Shown here piece by piece: positions 24,920 to 38,903 of a stretch of DNA of 64,000 nucleotides. The position numbers and the translations under genes were made by a program. Position 1 is the stretch's first letter. Every line of letters starts with the position of its first letter. The notes under the pieces are model-generated. The model saw only the letters and a program-made list of their open reading frames with translations. It was not told the origin of the DNA and made no database searches. The stretch comes from Isurus oxyrinchus (taxonomy: Eukaryota), in the NCBI GenBank assembly GCA_026770705.1, contig JANJGN010000008.1, positions 87,978,001 through 88,042,000 of the forward strand, in the 5' to 3' direction.

Positions 24920-26060
24920 GGGCAAGAATTTGGACTCATTGGCGTCCACTTATTGGACACAACAAGCACCTTTAAAACTCCAAAATGGTGTCTGCAGTAT
25001 GGGCCACTTTTGGGGTGTATCACACCAGATGTCATATCAGTGAGGGCATCAACAGACTCACCGAGAATGCCCACCAGAAGTATATACAGCAGGCAGATCA
25101 TATTGTCAATCCACTTGCAACACTTTGATTCCAGTAGTACCAGATAATAGACACAGGGATAAGGTTGTGATGCGGAGAGTGAGGTGGTGGGGGGTGGTGG
25201 GTGTGGACGTTAGAAGTGCATTCTTACACCATCTGCAGCTTATAAATCAGAAATATGGGATGAGCTAGATTAAATATATGCGGAGTGCTTTCATTTTCAG
25301 AGCTTTCAGCCCCTCTGCTGGGCACAACCTCAGCAATGGCCCTTCCAAAAATGGCCAGCACTGTCTCCTCCATTTGGCTCATGCTGCCTCTGGTTGAGTG
25401 CTACCTTGTCTTGCAAGACAGAAGGAAGTGCATCAGTGAGTATGGGTGATGTGGCTGACATGGTTGAATAACTGGCGTTGTATGCAATGTATGAGATGTG
25501 GGTGTGAGGCTTGCACACATCATGCTAAGTGTGTGAGGTGAGGTGAAGCATGTGAATGTTACTACATGTCCTGATTGATAAAGATTGTAGGTAGGTGAGT
25601 GATAGGGCTGTGGTGATTTGAGCAGTGTCTGAGGCTGGTGGTGTGGTTAATGGGATATTATTTTTGAAGGTGCATCCACTGACCTTGATCATTCATGTCA
25701 GAATATTGAACTTTTTATGGCACTGCATCAAAGTTCTTTGAGCTTGACTCCTGGCATTGATTTTCAGAGCTTTGTTTCCACTGCCTTTTGACCATGATCT
25801 AGAGGACCTCCTACTTTCCAACACCTCCACCAAGCCCTCCAATGTAGCCTCTGAGAACCTTGGAGCCCACTCTCTGCCATGTTGTGCCATTCTTCACTGT
25901 TTCCGTTAATTTCCTGCATGATTACCAGCAACTGCTCCAGCAAGAATGCACCTCCCCTTTAAGCAGTGCAGACCAGCTTTAATTGGCTCGATCAAGTTAC
26001 AATTTTGGGCCTCCTTTTGATGCTTGCAGCCAATGAGCAGTGAGATGATTGCTGGCAAAC
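24920..26060 (-). mobile_element. Harbinger DNA transposon remnant with spliced Myb/SANT-like gene (pseudogene)
   Basis: ORF 25693..25890 MAQHGREWAPRFSEATLEGLVEVLESRR...INARSQAQRTLMQCHKKFN is a Harbinger Myb/SANT-like domain. A GTCAGT donor (minus) is at 25678-25683, a second exon DKVALNQRQHEPNGG near 25370-25410, and a TIR-like GGGCAAGAATTT at 24920. Confidence 0.75.
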
Positions 26061-26319
26061 TTTGGATTGTCTGACGATTGGAAGGCTTTTTCCAAAGTCA
26101 GATCTTCCTTAGATTGGAGCACATTCGAAAGAGTATTAGCGGCCACTCCCACTAATCTCTTAGGCGCTCTGACTGAAGGTCACCATGTATAACTCATTCA
26201 TGAAAGAGTTGATGGGTTCCCGCTTGTTAAATTTTGCTTGCTATGCAATTTCATTGCTTCTTAGGTTAAAGTTGGTGTTAAAGGACTTCATGACCACTTC
26301 AAAGTTTTCGGAGGATTCA

Positions 26320-27920
26320 TTTCACAATGGACGTCCAATCCCTCTACACCTCCATCCCCCACCAGGATGGTCTGAGGACTCTTTGACTCTTCTTTGAACA
26401 GAGGCTCAAACAATCCTCATCCTCCACCACTCTCCTCCATCTGGCTGAACTTGTTCTCTCACTGAACAATTTCTCCTTTAACTCATCTCGCTTCGTCCAA
26501 ATAAGTGATGCTGCTATGGGTACCCAAGTGGGCCCCAGTAATCCCTGTCTTCTTGTGGGTTATGTGGAACACTCCTTGTTCCAGTCCTGCTTAGGCCCTC
26601 TTCCACAACTCTTTGTCCGGTACATTGCTGACTGAACCTTTGATGCTTCACGCTCTCGTCTGGTCCTGGAAAAATTTATCACATTTCTTTCCAATTTCCA
26701 CCCCTCTCTCACCTTCACATGGTCCATCTCCAACACTTCCCTACCCTTCCTTGACTTTTCCATTTCTGGTGATAGACTGTCTACCAACATTTATGATAAG
26801 CCCGACTCCCCCAGCTACCTCGATTAGACCTCCTTACACCCTGCTTCCCGTAAGGTCTCCATTCCATTCATCCAGTTTCTCTGCCTCAGTCACACCTGTT
26901 CTGATGATACTACTGTCCACAATGGCGCTTCTGCCATGTCTTCGTTTTTCCTGGGCTGAACTTTCTTCCCAACTGTGGGGGGGAAACAACAGGGCCCTCA
27001 ACCTGTTCCCCTTCCCCTTCCTCCCAGAATCATGATAAGGTTCTCCTTGTCCTCACTTTTCACCCCACCAGCCACCGCATTTAAAGGATCATCCTCCACC
27101 CTTTCTGCTAACTCCAGCATGATGCCTTCACCAAAGACAACTTGCGCTCATCACCCCTGTCTGCGTTCTGTCAGGACTGTTGCCTCCAGGACACCCTGGT
27201 CCACTCCTCTATCACCCCAACATCTCATCGTCTTCCCATGGCACTTTCCCATGCAATCCCTTTACATCCTCTCTCCTCACTGTCCAAGGCCCCAAACACT
27301 CTTTTCTGGTTTGCACTCCTTTCAATTTAGTCTACTGCATTTGCTGCTCACAATACAGTGTCCTCTACATTGAGGAGACTAAATGCAAACTGGGTGACCT
27401 CATTGCAGAACACCTTCGCTCAGCCTGCAAGCATGACCCAGATCTTCCTGTCGTTTGCCATTTCAATTAATCATCTTGCTCTCAGGCTCACATTTCTATC
27501 CTTGGCCTACTACAATGTTCCAGTGAAGCCAAACGCAAACTGGAGGAACAGCACCTCCTCTTCCGATTAGGCACTTTACAGCCTTTTGGACTTAACATTG
27601 AGATGAAGAACTTCAGACCATGAACTCTGCCCTCTATTTTGATACTTTTTGCATTTTTTTCCAACCTCTTCTCCCCACAAAGGCCCATCATTAACTTGTT
27701 CTCATGTTTTGCTTTCAGAGAATGCTTATCCTTGCTCTGCTATTGACATATTCTGTTATCTGACCTTTATGCCACTATTAACATCTTAGCCTTTAACACT
27801 ATCATTACTACTCCCTTTATCTTGTATCCGTGACATCTTTGTCAAATGTCTCCTGAGCTCCCACCTATCCCTGACCTTCTATTTTGCTCCGCCTGCTCCA
27901 CCCCCTCTCTTTAACAGTGC
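26320..27920 (+). mobile_element. Older, degenerate Penelope-like element (RT, GIY-YIG, 3' UTR); tail continues at 29838-29955
   Basis: Colinear with 3691-5400 (ATGGACGTCCAATCCCTCTACACC...; NLVYCICCSQYSVLYIEETKCKL); many stops and deletions. Confidence 0.9.
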
Positions 27921-29837
27921 ACAACAGAAGCAGCATCGGGCATACCTAAAAATGAGGTGTCAACCTAGTGAAGCTACAAGACAAGAACTACTTGCATGCC
28001 AAACAGCATAAGCAGCAAGTGATAAACAGCGCTAAGCGATCCCACAATCAACGGATCAGATCTAAGCTCTGCAGTCCTGCCACATCCAGCCATGAATGGT
28101 AAATTAAACAACACACCGGAGGAGGAGGCTCCACAAATACCCCCATCCTCAATGATGGGGGATCCCTGCACATCAGTGCAAAAGATAAGGGTGAAGCATT
28201 CGCAACAATCTTCAGCCAGAAGTACTCAGTGGATGATCCATCTCGGCCTCCTCTGGTGGTCCCCAGCATTGCAGATGCCAGGCTTCAGCCAATTTGATTC
28301 ATTCCACCTGATATCAAGAAATGGCTGAAGGCCCTGGATACTGCAAAGGCTATGGGCCCTGACAACATTCTGGCTATATTACTGAAGACTTGTGCTCCAG
28401 AACTTGCTCCGTTCCTAGCCAAGCTGTTCCAATACAGCTATAATACTGACACCTACCTGCTATGTGGAAAATTGTCCAGGCATGTCCTGTACACACAAAG
28501 CAGGACAAATCCAACCCGGCCAATTATCACCATCAGTCTACTCTCAATCATCAGTAAAGTAATGGTAGGGGTCATGAACAGTGCTATCAAGTGGCACTTG
28601 CTTAGCAAAGCCCGCCCACTGATGCTCAGTTTGGGTTCTGCTCCTCACCTCGTTACAGCCTTGGTTCAAACATGGACAAAAGAGCTGGATTCCAGAGGTG
28701 ACGTGAGAGTGATTGTCCTTGAGTGAGTGTGGCATCAAGGAGCCCTAGTAAAACAATGGGAATTGGGGGAAAACTCTCCACTGGTTGGAGTCATACCTAG
28801 CACAAAGGAAGATGGTTGTGGTGGTTGGAAGTCAATCATCTCACTTCCAGGACATCACTGCAGGAGTTCCTCAGGGTAATGTCCTAGGCCCAACCATCTT
28901 CAGCTACTTGATCAATGATCATCCTTCCATCATAATGTCAGAAGTGGGCATGTTTGCTGATGATTGCACAATATTCAGCACCATTCATGACTCCTCAGAT
29001 ACTGAAGCAGTCCATGTCCAAATGCAGCAAGACCTGGACAATATCCAGGTTTGGGCTGACAAATAGCAAGTAACATTCATGCCATACAAATGCCAGGCTA
29101 TGACCATCTCCAACATGAAAGGGTCCAACCATCACCCCTTGACATTCAATGGCATTATGATCACTGAATTCCCCAATATCTACTTTCTGGGGATTACCAT
29201 TGACCACAAACTGAACTGGACTAGCTATATAAAGACTGTAGCTACAAGAGCAGGTCAGAGGCTAGGAATCCTGCAGCGAGTAACTCACCTCCTGACTTTC
29301 CAAAGCCTGCCCACTATCTACAAAGCACAAGTCAGAAGTGTGATGGAATACTCTCCGCTTGCAGCTCCAAAAACACTGAAGAAGCTTAACACCATCCAGG
29401 ACAAAACACCCCATTTGATTGGCACACCATCCATAAACGTTAACTCCCTCCACCATTGACACACAGTGGCAGCAGTGTGTACCACCTACAAGTGCACTGC
29501 AGAAACTTACCAAGCCTCCTTAAACAGCACCTTCCAAACTCCTGATCACAACCATCTAGAAGGACAAGGGCAGCAGACACATGAGAACACCACCACTTGG
29601 AAATTCCCCTCCAAGCCACTCACCATCCTGACTTGGAAATATGTGACAGTTCCTTCACTGCCGTTGGGTCAAAATCCTGGAACTCTCTCCCTATCAGCAT
29701 TGTGGGTGTACCTACACCACATGGAATGCAGTGGTTCAAGAAGGCAGCTCACCACCACCTTCTCAAGGGCATTTAGGGATGTGCAATAAATGCTGGACTA
29801 ACTAATGATGCTCACATCTCATGTATGAATGAAAAAA
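27920..29837 (+). mobile_element. HER1-type CR1 LINE, 5'-truncated, inserted in the PLE 3' UTR
   Basis: GPDNI...LKTCAPEL, GVPQGNVLGP, MFADD, KAQVRSVMEYSPL; tail ATGAATGAAAAAAA. Confidence 0.92.
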
Positions 29838-29955
29838 ACATTTATACCACTCTTCAGCTCTGAAGAAGTCATATGGACTTGAAGTGTTATCTCTGTATCT
29901 CTCTCCGCAGATGCTACCAGACCTGCTGATTTTTTCCAGCATTCTGTGTTTTTAT
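29838..29955 (+). ncRNA. PLE terminal region with degenerate hammerhead (canonical CUGAAGA core)
   Basis: CTGAAGA-AGTC-ATATG-GACTT-GAAG-TGTT followed by the PLE tail GATGCTACCAGACCTGCTGA...TTCCAGCATTCTGTGTTTT; GAAA is mutated. Confidence 0.6.
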
Positions 29956-32684
29956 ACAAGATTCAACTCTGACTAGGTGCTATCTTCATGCCAACTACTA
30001 CCAGATTCACTATTACTCTCTACCACTCTCATGTGACCTGCTAGGTCATAATGTGGGCGGTATTGTTTCCTCAGTCCCACATTAACCCTTACAGTCTGAG
30101 CACCCTAATACTACAGGGGTGACAAAGATAGGTAAACTGGTTTTGGAGATAATGGATCTGAGGTATGGGTGAAATACAGGGGAAGCATGTGTCATTTTTA
30201 GTGCAATTGCACCATCCACATAATGCCATGACGTATTTTCATGACTGAAGTCATCACGTTGAATATTTACAACAGAATGAGAAATGATTTACCAAGCATC
30301 ACTTCCACAAAAGACCGTGACCTTGTAAGAAATGTTTCCTACTTCTCCAAGATTCTCAAGCTCCACTTTATAACTTTACAGAGCCTTACATATGGTTTTT
30401 TTACAGATGTCACATGAAAAGGAAAAACAAAATCCATCTTCTGAAACTTGAAAAAGTCTCCCAATGTCAACTCAAGGAAATTAATGAGTGAAGCTGTAGC
30501 CAATGTTAACGTTAGCAGTGGGTATACAGGTTCCCTATGGTCCAAGATAACTTTAAACTTCAAAAACAAAAGCCTTAGAATTTGATCTTACTTAATAAGA
30601 TCAAGTGTTTAGTATTTGAAAGGATGCTGTAAAACCCAATTGTATAAGAGCAAAACTGAAACACTCCAGACACTGGCACTGCGCAATGACTGTGCACCAT
30701 GTCAAAATAAATTCTTTAAATTTGAATTTTTTTTTTACTGTTCTTTGAGTCGAGGGATATTACGGCTGAGAAATTGAACACTTGCCTACTCAGGGTCAAC
30801 ATCCAAGAAATGTACACCACAGGTTAGGTGCAAGTAAAGCTTGCAAAAATTATGTGCAGGATAAGACCAGAGACCCCATCAAACCTCCCTTACATTCATG
30901 TTGGCTGGAGTATTATGTCTAGACACTTTCCAACCCAGCAGCCATGTTGGGAGAGGCAATAAAACAGCGTCAATAAGTAAATAAATACTCTGGAAAATGC
31001 CTCTTCAAACCTCCCAGGCGATCAAAACCAGCTTATGAGATACAGACTTCCTCCACTCTTCCCCAACAACATGACTCATCATATGCCTCATTTGAGCACC
31101 ACCTATAATGGACTGGAACAATGTTCCCATATTCAGCACTTGCGTGACTTAAGTAAGTGAGGCCAGTTTGCACAGTGCATTTCACTTCATCACAATTAGC
31201 TCCAAATATTTCAGTTCAACTCAGCTCAAGTTCAGAGAGCAGCATCAATCTGAGCCCCATCCTTTGGAACAACAATGAAAACAAAAAGTGGCTCTTGATG
31301 GGTTAGAATATCTGAGCAAGCACAGTGACTTAATGTCCAGCCCTGCTCTAGACAGGACAGTATGCATGAACTTAACAGTGAGCGGACTACATAAAGAACA
31401 GGTCAGCCTTGTTGATAGTAATCATGGGCAATGCCGCCACAAATATTATCTTCATTTGGCACTCAGTTCTTGGTATGTAACTGCTAGATCTACTTGTTTT
31501 CTCCTGTTGTACTGGACTGAATATATGGAGAAATTGCTGGGGCTTGAGAAGGCTTGGGGGCACCATGTGGGGTTGGGAATGTTGGTGACAATGTCAATCC
31601 ACCTTTTTTGACTTTTCTCAATGGACCTAGAACTGATGGATTGATGGTCTGGTCAACACTACTAACTAAGGAATCAGGCATGCTAAGACTCTGTTACCTG
31701 ATTACCATTCAAACTCCTGTTTTTGGGTGGAAGGAACTGCAGCCAGCCCCATGTGAGCATTAACAATGAATGTTAGCAAACCATGAAGCCATCATATGAT
31801 GCTGACTGCGTCTGCTTTCAAAGAGGAATTGCAAAGGCTGCTTGAGATTTCATCTCCCCGCCCAAAGAGCACTGAGGATAATTGTTAATACTCTTACCTC
31901 CAGACTGGCTACATTAGGTTTAGGGTTAGGGTCATCTAAATTAGCAAGAATAGAGTACCAAAGTGGTGCCTTTGCCATTCTGTGTGGCTTGATACCACGT
32001 TATGTGGCGAGCTGGCCTATTGTGCATTTTGAGAGTGCTAACAGTGATACTTCTGTGGTGATTGTTGCCTACGAGTCACCCCTAGTACCCCTTGCCATTG
32101 TTACACTATTCTCAGTCAATTACTTAGAATGTAAGTGTTGACTCCATGCTTTGCTGCCTCCAGCAGGGAGACACACTTACAGGGATAGTCATGGGCACAG
32201 CTTATGAGTTTCCATCCATTAACATGAATGAATGGAATATCTTGAGTTGTGCACTTTCGTGTTCTTGTCATACGGTCTCCACACAAAGAGGGTAGAATTG
32301 ACCTGAAAACCTCAGTTCTGGTGACATTCAGTTTCTACACTTTATAACCTGGAATAATTTCCTTTCTAGTGATGCTGACCTCAATGTACTGGGGCAAACA
32401 TTGGGGGAGACAATGTGAAAGGAAAATGGGTCCTAATATTTCCATTAAATCAAAATTCAGTTATTTCCCAATTTTCTCCCCTCCTCAAGTTGCTGTTAAA
32501 ATGATGAATAATGAAAGGTATGCAAAATACATTCTTAAAGAATAGTTCAGAAAAAAATTATTAATTCTGATTCATTAACTATTTAATTCTGACGTAAAAG
32601 TCCGAACCTGGAGCTGGATGGTTCTGTCAGTCAGAACGTAATACTTCAGCATGAAAAAAGCCTAGACTCAGAGAAATGAAGGTG

Positions 32685-32765
32685 TTTTTTTTCTCTCTCT
32701 TCCCCTCCTCTTCTCTCTCTCTCCTCTCTCTTTTAATCCTCCTCTTTCTTTCTCTCCTGATCCTT
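32685..32765. repeat. Polypyrimidine / (CT)n low-complexity tract
   Basis: Direct reading; a similar tract lies at 34740-34840. Confidence 0.8.
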
Positions 32766-35224
32766 TGCGAGCTTAGACATCATCAATCCAATTGCCAGTC
32801 ACTACAAATCTACAGCACTGCACTATCATTGTATTTATTGAGAGTTCGAAATGAGACAACAGGAAGCTTAATAATGCAGCCAATTCAGGTCAAACTCTTG
32901 TTAATTAGAAGAGTCATTTTGGGGGGCAGTAAGTGATTTATTATTGTCCAGATATGTTCAAGAATTAACATTTGAACTGCTCATGCAACAACAGTCACTG
33001 CCCTTCCATGCAATTCATTTTTTGTGAGATACCATGAGAAGTTTCTGGGCAACGTAACAGAGCATTATAGAAGTGCTAATCATTTCTGAACTATATATAT
33101 TTCTTGCCAGTGACAGGTTGAGTGTATAAGTGATTACTGGCTCCTGCTTTAGAAAAAGTGAAAGTAGCCTAAAATGGATTAGAGAATCAATAGAAATAGA
33201 ATAATATTGTAGTAAAGCTAATGGTGATTGAATAATGATCCTTTTAAAGCTGCTGGCCTCTTTCTTTAATGAGCTGGTTGTCAATTCATTGCAATTTCAC
33301 ATATTCGAATTATCCAGACAGTGCCCTCCAGGACTAAATGAGTAATACAATACCCATCTAACTCCTTATGGATTAAAGGATTTTATCAGTGGAGTGATGG
33401 TGGAGTTGGGTGGGGGTGTTATTTGCCATCAAGTGTTTTACTTTTTGTGCCATTGTCGGATTTGTCCGCTCTTGTTAAAGATGAGTAGGCACATGCAGGA
33501 ATATAGACCAGTAGCCCATTTTCTGCTGCACTCAGTCACTCAGCCTCCATCCACAAGCTCACACAGTGAATGTTGGCAGACTGGCCAACTAGGCGTGCAT
33601 TGGAATCGAGTACAATCCTGGCCCTTCCTGATGCTTCTGGAAAGACAGGGGTAACTGGTTAACGAACATGATTGGAAGCTTTCCGTGATTTTGTCTCCAC
33701 CCCATTCAAAACGTGGATGCTATGGGCATTAGGATGCTGCTGCAACATCTCCCAGAGCATCACAGCTTCAGGTTATCCAAACCTTTAACCTGTATTAACA
33801 TTCCAGAAGTGATGAATGATGCACTCCCACAAATACGAGCATACGCGCTCCTAGGTGGATATCATTCCTTACAACGAGGAAATGCTAAGATTATATTGAG
33901 CTATTTTTACCCCTTGCTGGGACAAACATAGTTAGGAGAGGAAAGAAGAGTGGGTGCACAGCCAGCTGTGGAAATTACATGTGTCGATGGAAGAGGAGGA
34001 GGGCAGGATCAAACTTGGCTGTGATTGTGCTCATAGTCCCATATCCTGCTCCTGATAATCATTGCATATGAACTCATAGTGAAATGTTGTCTCAGATATG
34101 GCTTTTTGTATAATGCGCACTCATACCTTCTATCTAGGACATGGTTCAAACCCCTGCCATCACCCAGTCTGATTAAATAGCTTCTTAATTCAAAAACATA
34201 ATGCTTGATAAAGTTCATAGGAAGTGAACTGGGAAATCACAACTTCATTAAAGAGGTCGCTTTAAAAATATTTTAAAAAACTATTATACTCATGGCAGAA
34301 AACTAGGGAAACAGCAGGAAATATGTGCTAAGAGTTGTTCAACACTCCGCCTTTAAAGAGAACTTCTGAAATGAATATTTAATTACCACTGGAGAAGATG
34401 GCAAAACACCCATCTTAGGGCAATGTGTTTTGCATCTGGCTCGAAATTCTAATGTGTTTCATGGGAGTTATTTTGCATGTTGGGTAGATGCAGGACTGAC
34501 ACCCTGTTCTGTTTGAACTGCATAATTCCAATCTGAATTAGCTGTCCAGAATGTTCTGAAACTTCGTTTTCATTTATGTTTGAGTCAATTATTGAGTAGT
34601 TTCTTCAAATTCGCAATAAATATTTTTCTTTTCCATCAGGAAACAAGTCAGAATTTGAGTTCCACCCCTTACCTATCCAAGTTAACATTTGGATTAGCCA
34701 AAAGCTAGTAATCTGAGAGTTACAATATATAATAGGCATCTCTGTCTTTGTCTCTATCTATATTCTCTCTCTTTTATTGTCTCTATCTCACTCTCTCTCA
34801 TTCTTTCTCCCTCTCTTTCACTTTCTCTCACACTCTCACTTAAAACATTGTGTATACCACACATTTTTTGTACATGGTAATCCCACTTGCTGTGTCACAT
34901 TCTAAAATGGAAAGCCCATACGTCACACATCACAAAAGAAAAAGCTGACTAAATGCGTCAACACCACTCGCACTCGCAATTGGTTTATTAACCAATTGAA
35001 GCAGTTAAAATACATTTTGAAAAAGTTTTCATCAACTTTTTTTTCTCTGTAATTAAAATTTTTTAATAGCCAAAATAATATTATTAAACAAAAGTAAACA
35101 GATGCATATTTGATATTCTCCATTGAATTGTTTTTAATTGCTTGTCTTTCACTAAGTAAATGATACTTTTTATTGAAGGCTTTTACCTCCCCCAAAAGCT
35201 TGGATGTATATTCGTAAGATCATT

Positions 35225-35785
35225 GGTTCAAACCTCAGTCCAGAGACACTCGGCTGACACTTCAGTGCAGTACTGCACCATCAAAGATAGCAATTTTTTG
35301 TTGCAATCTTATACAAAGATCCTACCTGTCCTCTTAAATAGACATGATAAATTTTAAGGCACTGCTTGAAAAAACAGCAGCAGACTACTCCAGGTGTCTG
35401 GTCAACATCAGTATCTCAACCAAAATCATTAAAGTAGATTTAATATTTATCTCATTGCTATTTATGGAAGCTTCCTCTGTTTTTTTTATTCATTCATGAG
35501 ACATGGGCTTCGCTGGCTGGGCCAGCATTTATTGTCCATCCCTAGTTGCCCTTGAGAATATGGTGGTGAGCTGCCTTCCTGAACCACTGCAGTCCAAGTG
35601 GTATTGGTACACCCACAGTGCTGTTAGGAAGGGGGTTCCAGGATTTTGCAAGTTGGCTGCCACATTTGCCCATGCTACAGTAGGAAATAGACTTCAAAAT
35701 ACTTAACTGGCTGTGAATCACATTGGGGTGTCCTGAGGTTGTGAAAGGTGCTACATAAATAACACATTTATTCTTTCTTCTTCTC
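35225..35785 (+). mobile_element. Deu-domain SINE interrupted by a minus-strand HER1/CR1 3' tail (~35480-35648)
   Basis: GGTTCAAA B box; the Deu core TCTCATTGCT...GGAAGCTT|...|AAGTTGGCTGCC rejoins across the insert; tail GGTGCTACATAAAT. Confidence 0.72.
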
Positions 35786-35809
35786 ACTTGATATTTTTGC
35801 CTACAACAA

Positions 35810-37535
35810 ACATACTAGAAATAATGGGGAATCAGGAGAATAATGAGAGTGAGGAGGTTATAGTATTATCATTAGTATAAAAAAAGTACTGGAGAACTTA
35901 ATGAGTCTAAAAGCTGATTAATCCCTTGCACCTGATGATCCACATTCTAGAGTCTTTAAAGAAGTGGCTGCAGAAATAGCAGATGCATTAGTTGTGATCT
36001 TCCAAAATTCCAGATTTATTCAAGAAAGGAGGAAGAATAAAAAAAAAAGAACTATAAACAAGTTAGCCTGATCAGTGATCAGGCAAATGTTGGAATCCAT
36101 TATGAAAGAAATGGTAACCTGGTGCTAACAAATTCAGGATATGAATAGAGCCAACATAGGTTTATGCAAGGGAAACAGTGACAAACCTATTAGAGTTTCT
36201 TCAGGATGTAACAAATAGGGGAACCAATGAATGTAGTATATTTGGGCTTTCAAAAGATATTTGTCAGGGTGCCACATGAAAAGTTGATACACAAAATAAG
36301 AGTTCATGGGGTTGGTACGATATTAACATGGATTGAAGTGTGTTTAAAGAACAAAGCAACAGCCTAGGAATGAACAGGGCATTTTCAGGTTGGCAGGTTA
36401 TTATTAATGGAGTGCCACTAATGGGCCTCAGATACATAAAATTTATATTCATGTCTTAGCTGAAGAGACTGAGTGTAATGTATCCATGTTTGCTGACAAT
36501 ACAGGTCGGTATGTAAGCTGCAAGGAAGACACGGTGGCTGCAAAGTGTCACTGACAGACTGGGTGACTGGGCAAGAACATAGCAGTTGGGCTATAATGCA
36601 GGGAAATGTGAGGTTATTTGACAGGAAGAATAGAAAAACAGAATATATTTTAAACTCCTAAATGCTGGTGTTCAGAGGGATTTGGATGTCCTTGTACACA
36701 AATCACAGAAAGTTAACATGCAGGTACAGCAAGCAATGAGAAAGGTGAATGGTATGTTGGCCTTTATTGAAAGGAACTTGGGAATACCACAGTTAGAAAG
36801 CATTGCCTCAATTATACAGGATTTTGGTGCAGTCATGTCAGGAATCTCTGTAGTGAAGGAAGGTATTTTTGACTTAGATGTGGTGCAATGAAGGTTCACT
36901 TGATTTATTCAGAATGAGATGGTTTCCAATGAAGAGAGATTGAATTGAATGGCACTCTCGTCTCTGGAGTTTAGTGGTCTTTGATTGGCCCTCCAGCATT
37001 GGAAGCCTGCATGCCACCCTGAATTAGACAGGGAACCTGTCTCCATGCTAGTTAAGGGAGTGCCTCAAAATCCCAAAGAGTGAAACTTTCCTCCTGGTGG
37101 GCTGGGGTGGGGAGTGGGGTGGGTTTCTGACTTGCAAACTGTCCTGACTTCTGTTTCCCACCCCCAGAGGGAGAATCCAGGACATAGACTTCAGATAAGG
37201 GGTCAGCAATTTAGGATTAAGATAAGGAGAATATTTCTTCATTCGACTGGTTGTGAATCCTTGGAATTCTCTGCTACAAGGGGTGGTGGATGTTCCATTA
37301 TTCAATATATTTCAGACTCAGAGAGACAGATTTCCTTACTGTTCCACTCCCAAGTTCCTTCCAATAAAGGCCAACATACTATTCACCTTCCTAGTTGCTT
37401 GCTGTACCCCTCAAGGAATAAAGGGATATGGCATTAGGCAGGAAAGTGTGTTGAAATAGAAGATCAGTGTATTGAATGGAGGAGTAAGCTCAAGGTGCTG
37501 TATGGCCTACTCCTGCTCCTATTGCTTATATTCTG
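35810..37535 (+). mobile_element. Degenerate CR1 LINE RT region and 3' UTR
   Basis: MDVLVHKSQKVNMQVQQAMRKVNGMLAFI and the 3' TGGCCTACTCCTGCTCCTATT; another CR1 3' end lies at 37680-37835. Confidence 0.85.
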
Positions 37536-38903
37536 AAAAGTGTATCTTTTGCTTCTTCTAACAGGTGAAGGTAGACGTTGCATTCAGAAGATATGCAATA
37601 TGTACACAATTTTCCAGGATGGATCAGCAGCATTTAAGCGAGCCAGGTGGTAGAAAGCTACTTAGTCAGTCTGGAGGAAATAGATTTCTGGACTCTAAAG
37701 GCATCAAGGGGTGTAGGAAGAGAGCAGGAATATGGCATTGAGATAGAGGATCAGCCATGGTCCCTTTGAATGGCGGAGCAGGCTCAAGGAGCTGAATGAC
37801 CTACTCCTGCTCCTATTTTTCTATGTTTTCTATGTAAGAAAATCTATTTTGTTCTTTTTCAAAATTATCTCAAGACAGCCAGTAGACAAACCTCAGTAGG
37901 TTTATTCGGGTAGAACTGCATAATGAATATTTTAGAAAGGGAGAGGCTGTCACTGTAAAAAAATATACACTTGTGTGCATGCGATAATGAGATATTTTCC
38001 TTCAGAAACCTTCAGAAAGCATATTAAGCTGAGCAACAGACGTAGGCGCATCCTTGTGCTGGAATGCTGCTCCATGGATTTCTGTGGCCCAGCAATCTGA
38101 CTCCAGTCACTACAGTTTGCAAATCATGTGGCTGTGTTCATAGTTTTAAACAGGTAAAGACTAAAAATAAATACATGGGTAAAGTTATATATGTTTAAAA
38201 TAAAGGCTGGTTATTTTTGCTATGGAGAGACTTGTGGAATTCACACCCTGGAGTACCATTAGATAAGAATTTGACTTGTTCAGTCATTGTAAATCAGTGG
38301 CCTTGATCAATGGTCTAGCATGGAATAAACACCACTATTGTTATAAAATAACATAATTTCAACTTGCTGTGTCTTAGCAGATCTGTTCGTATCAGAGCAA
38401 TTCTTGGCACTCCCTGTTGTCACGAATTGATAACTTCCAGTTAAGACTGGTAACACTTGGGTAATGCTTCAATTAGTAACATCGAATCATAGCATCTTGC
38501 AGCTCAGGAGGAGATTGGACTATTTCTATTATGGGCAATGGATCTGCATCGCCAGTTTTATGTCCAGGCAGTTGGTTTAAAATACCACCATCACCACCGT
38601 CGCCCTACCCCACAAGGTTCCCCCCCTCCCCCCCACCCCCCAACCACCCAACACCCCCCATCCCCCTCCACCCTTACCCCTCATTACCATGAGCAAAGCT
38701 GTGAAAGAGTCACTGGTAATGTTATTAAACCACAACATCGAACATGCATTTCTGGTCTGTCACACATCAAGTGTCACACTTCACTTTCTGTGACACAGTT
38801 CAAAGGAAAGTAGAGAAAGAGATAAAGGAAATTTCTAAGAACACAAAATACCAGAGTCAAGTTGTCTGCAGTATCTTAATGACCTCTGTACAAACCTAAG
38901 TTG

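Noticed and set aside
31914-31931. TTAGGTTTAGGGTTAGGG as an interstitial telomere
   Set aside because: Only about three units, one imperfect; too short to support.
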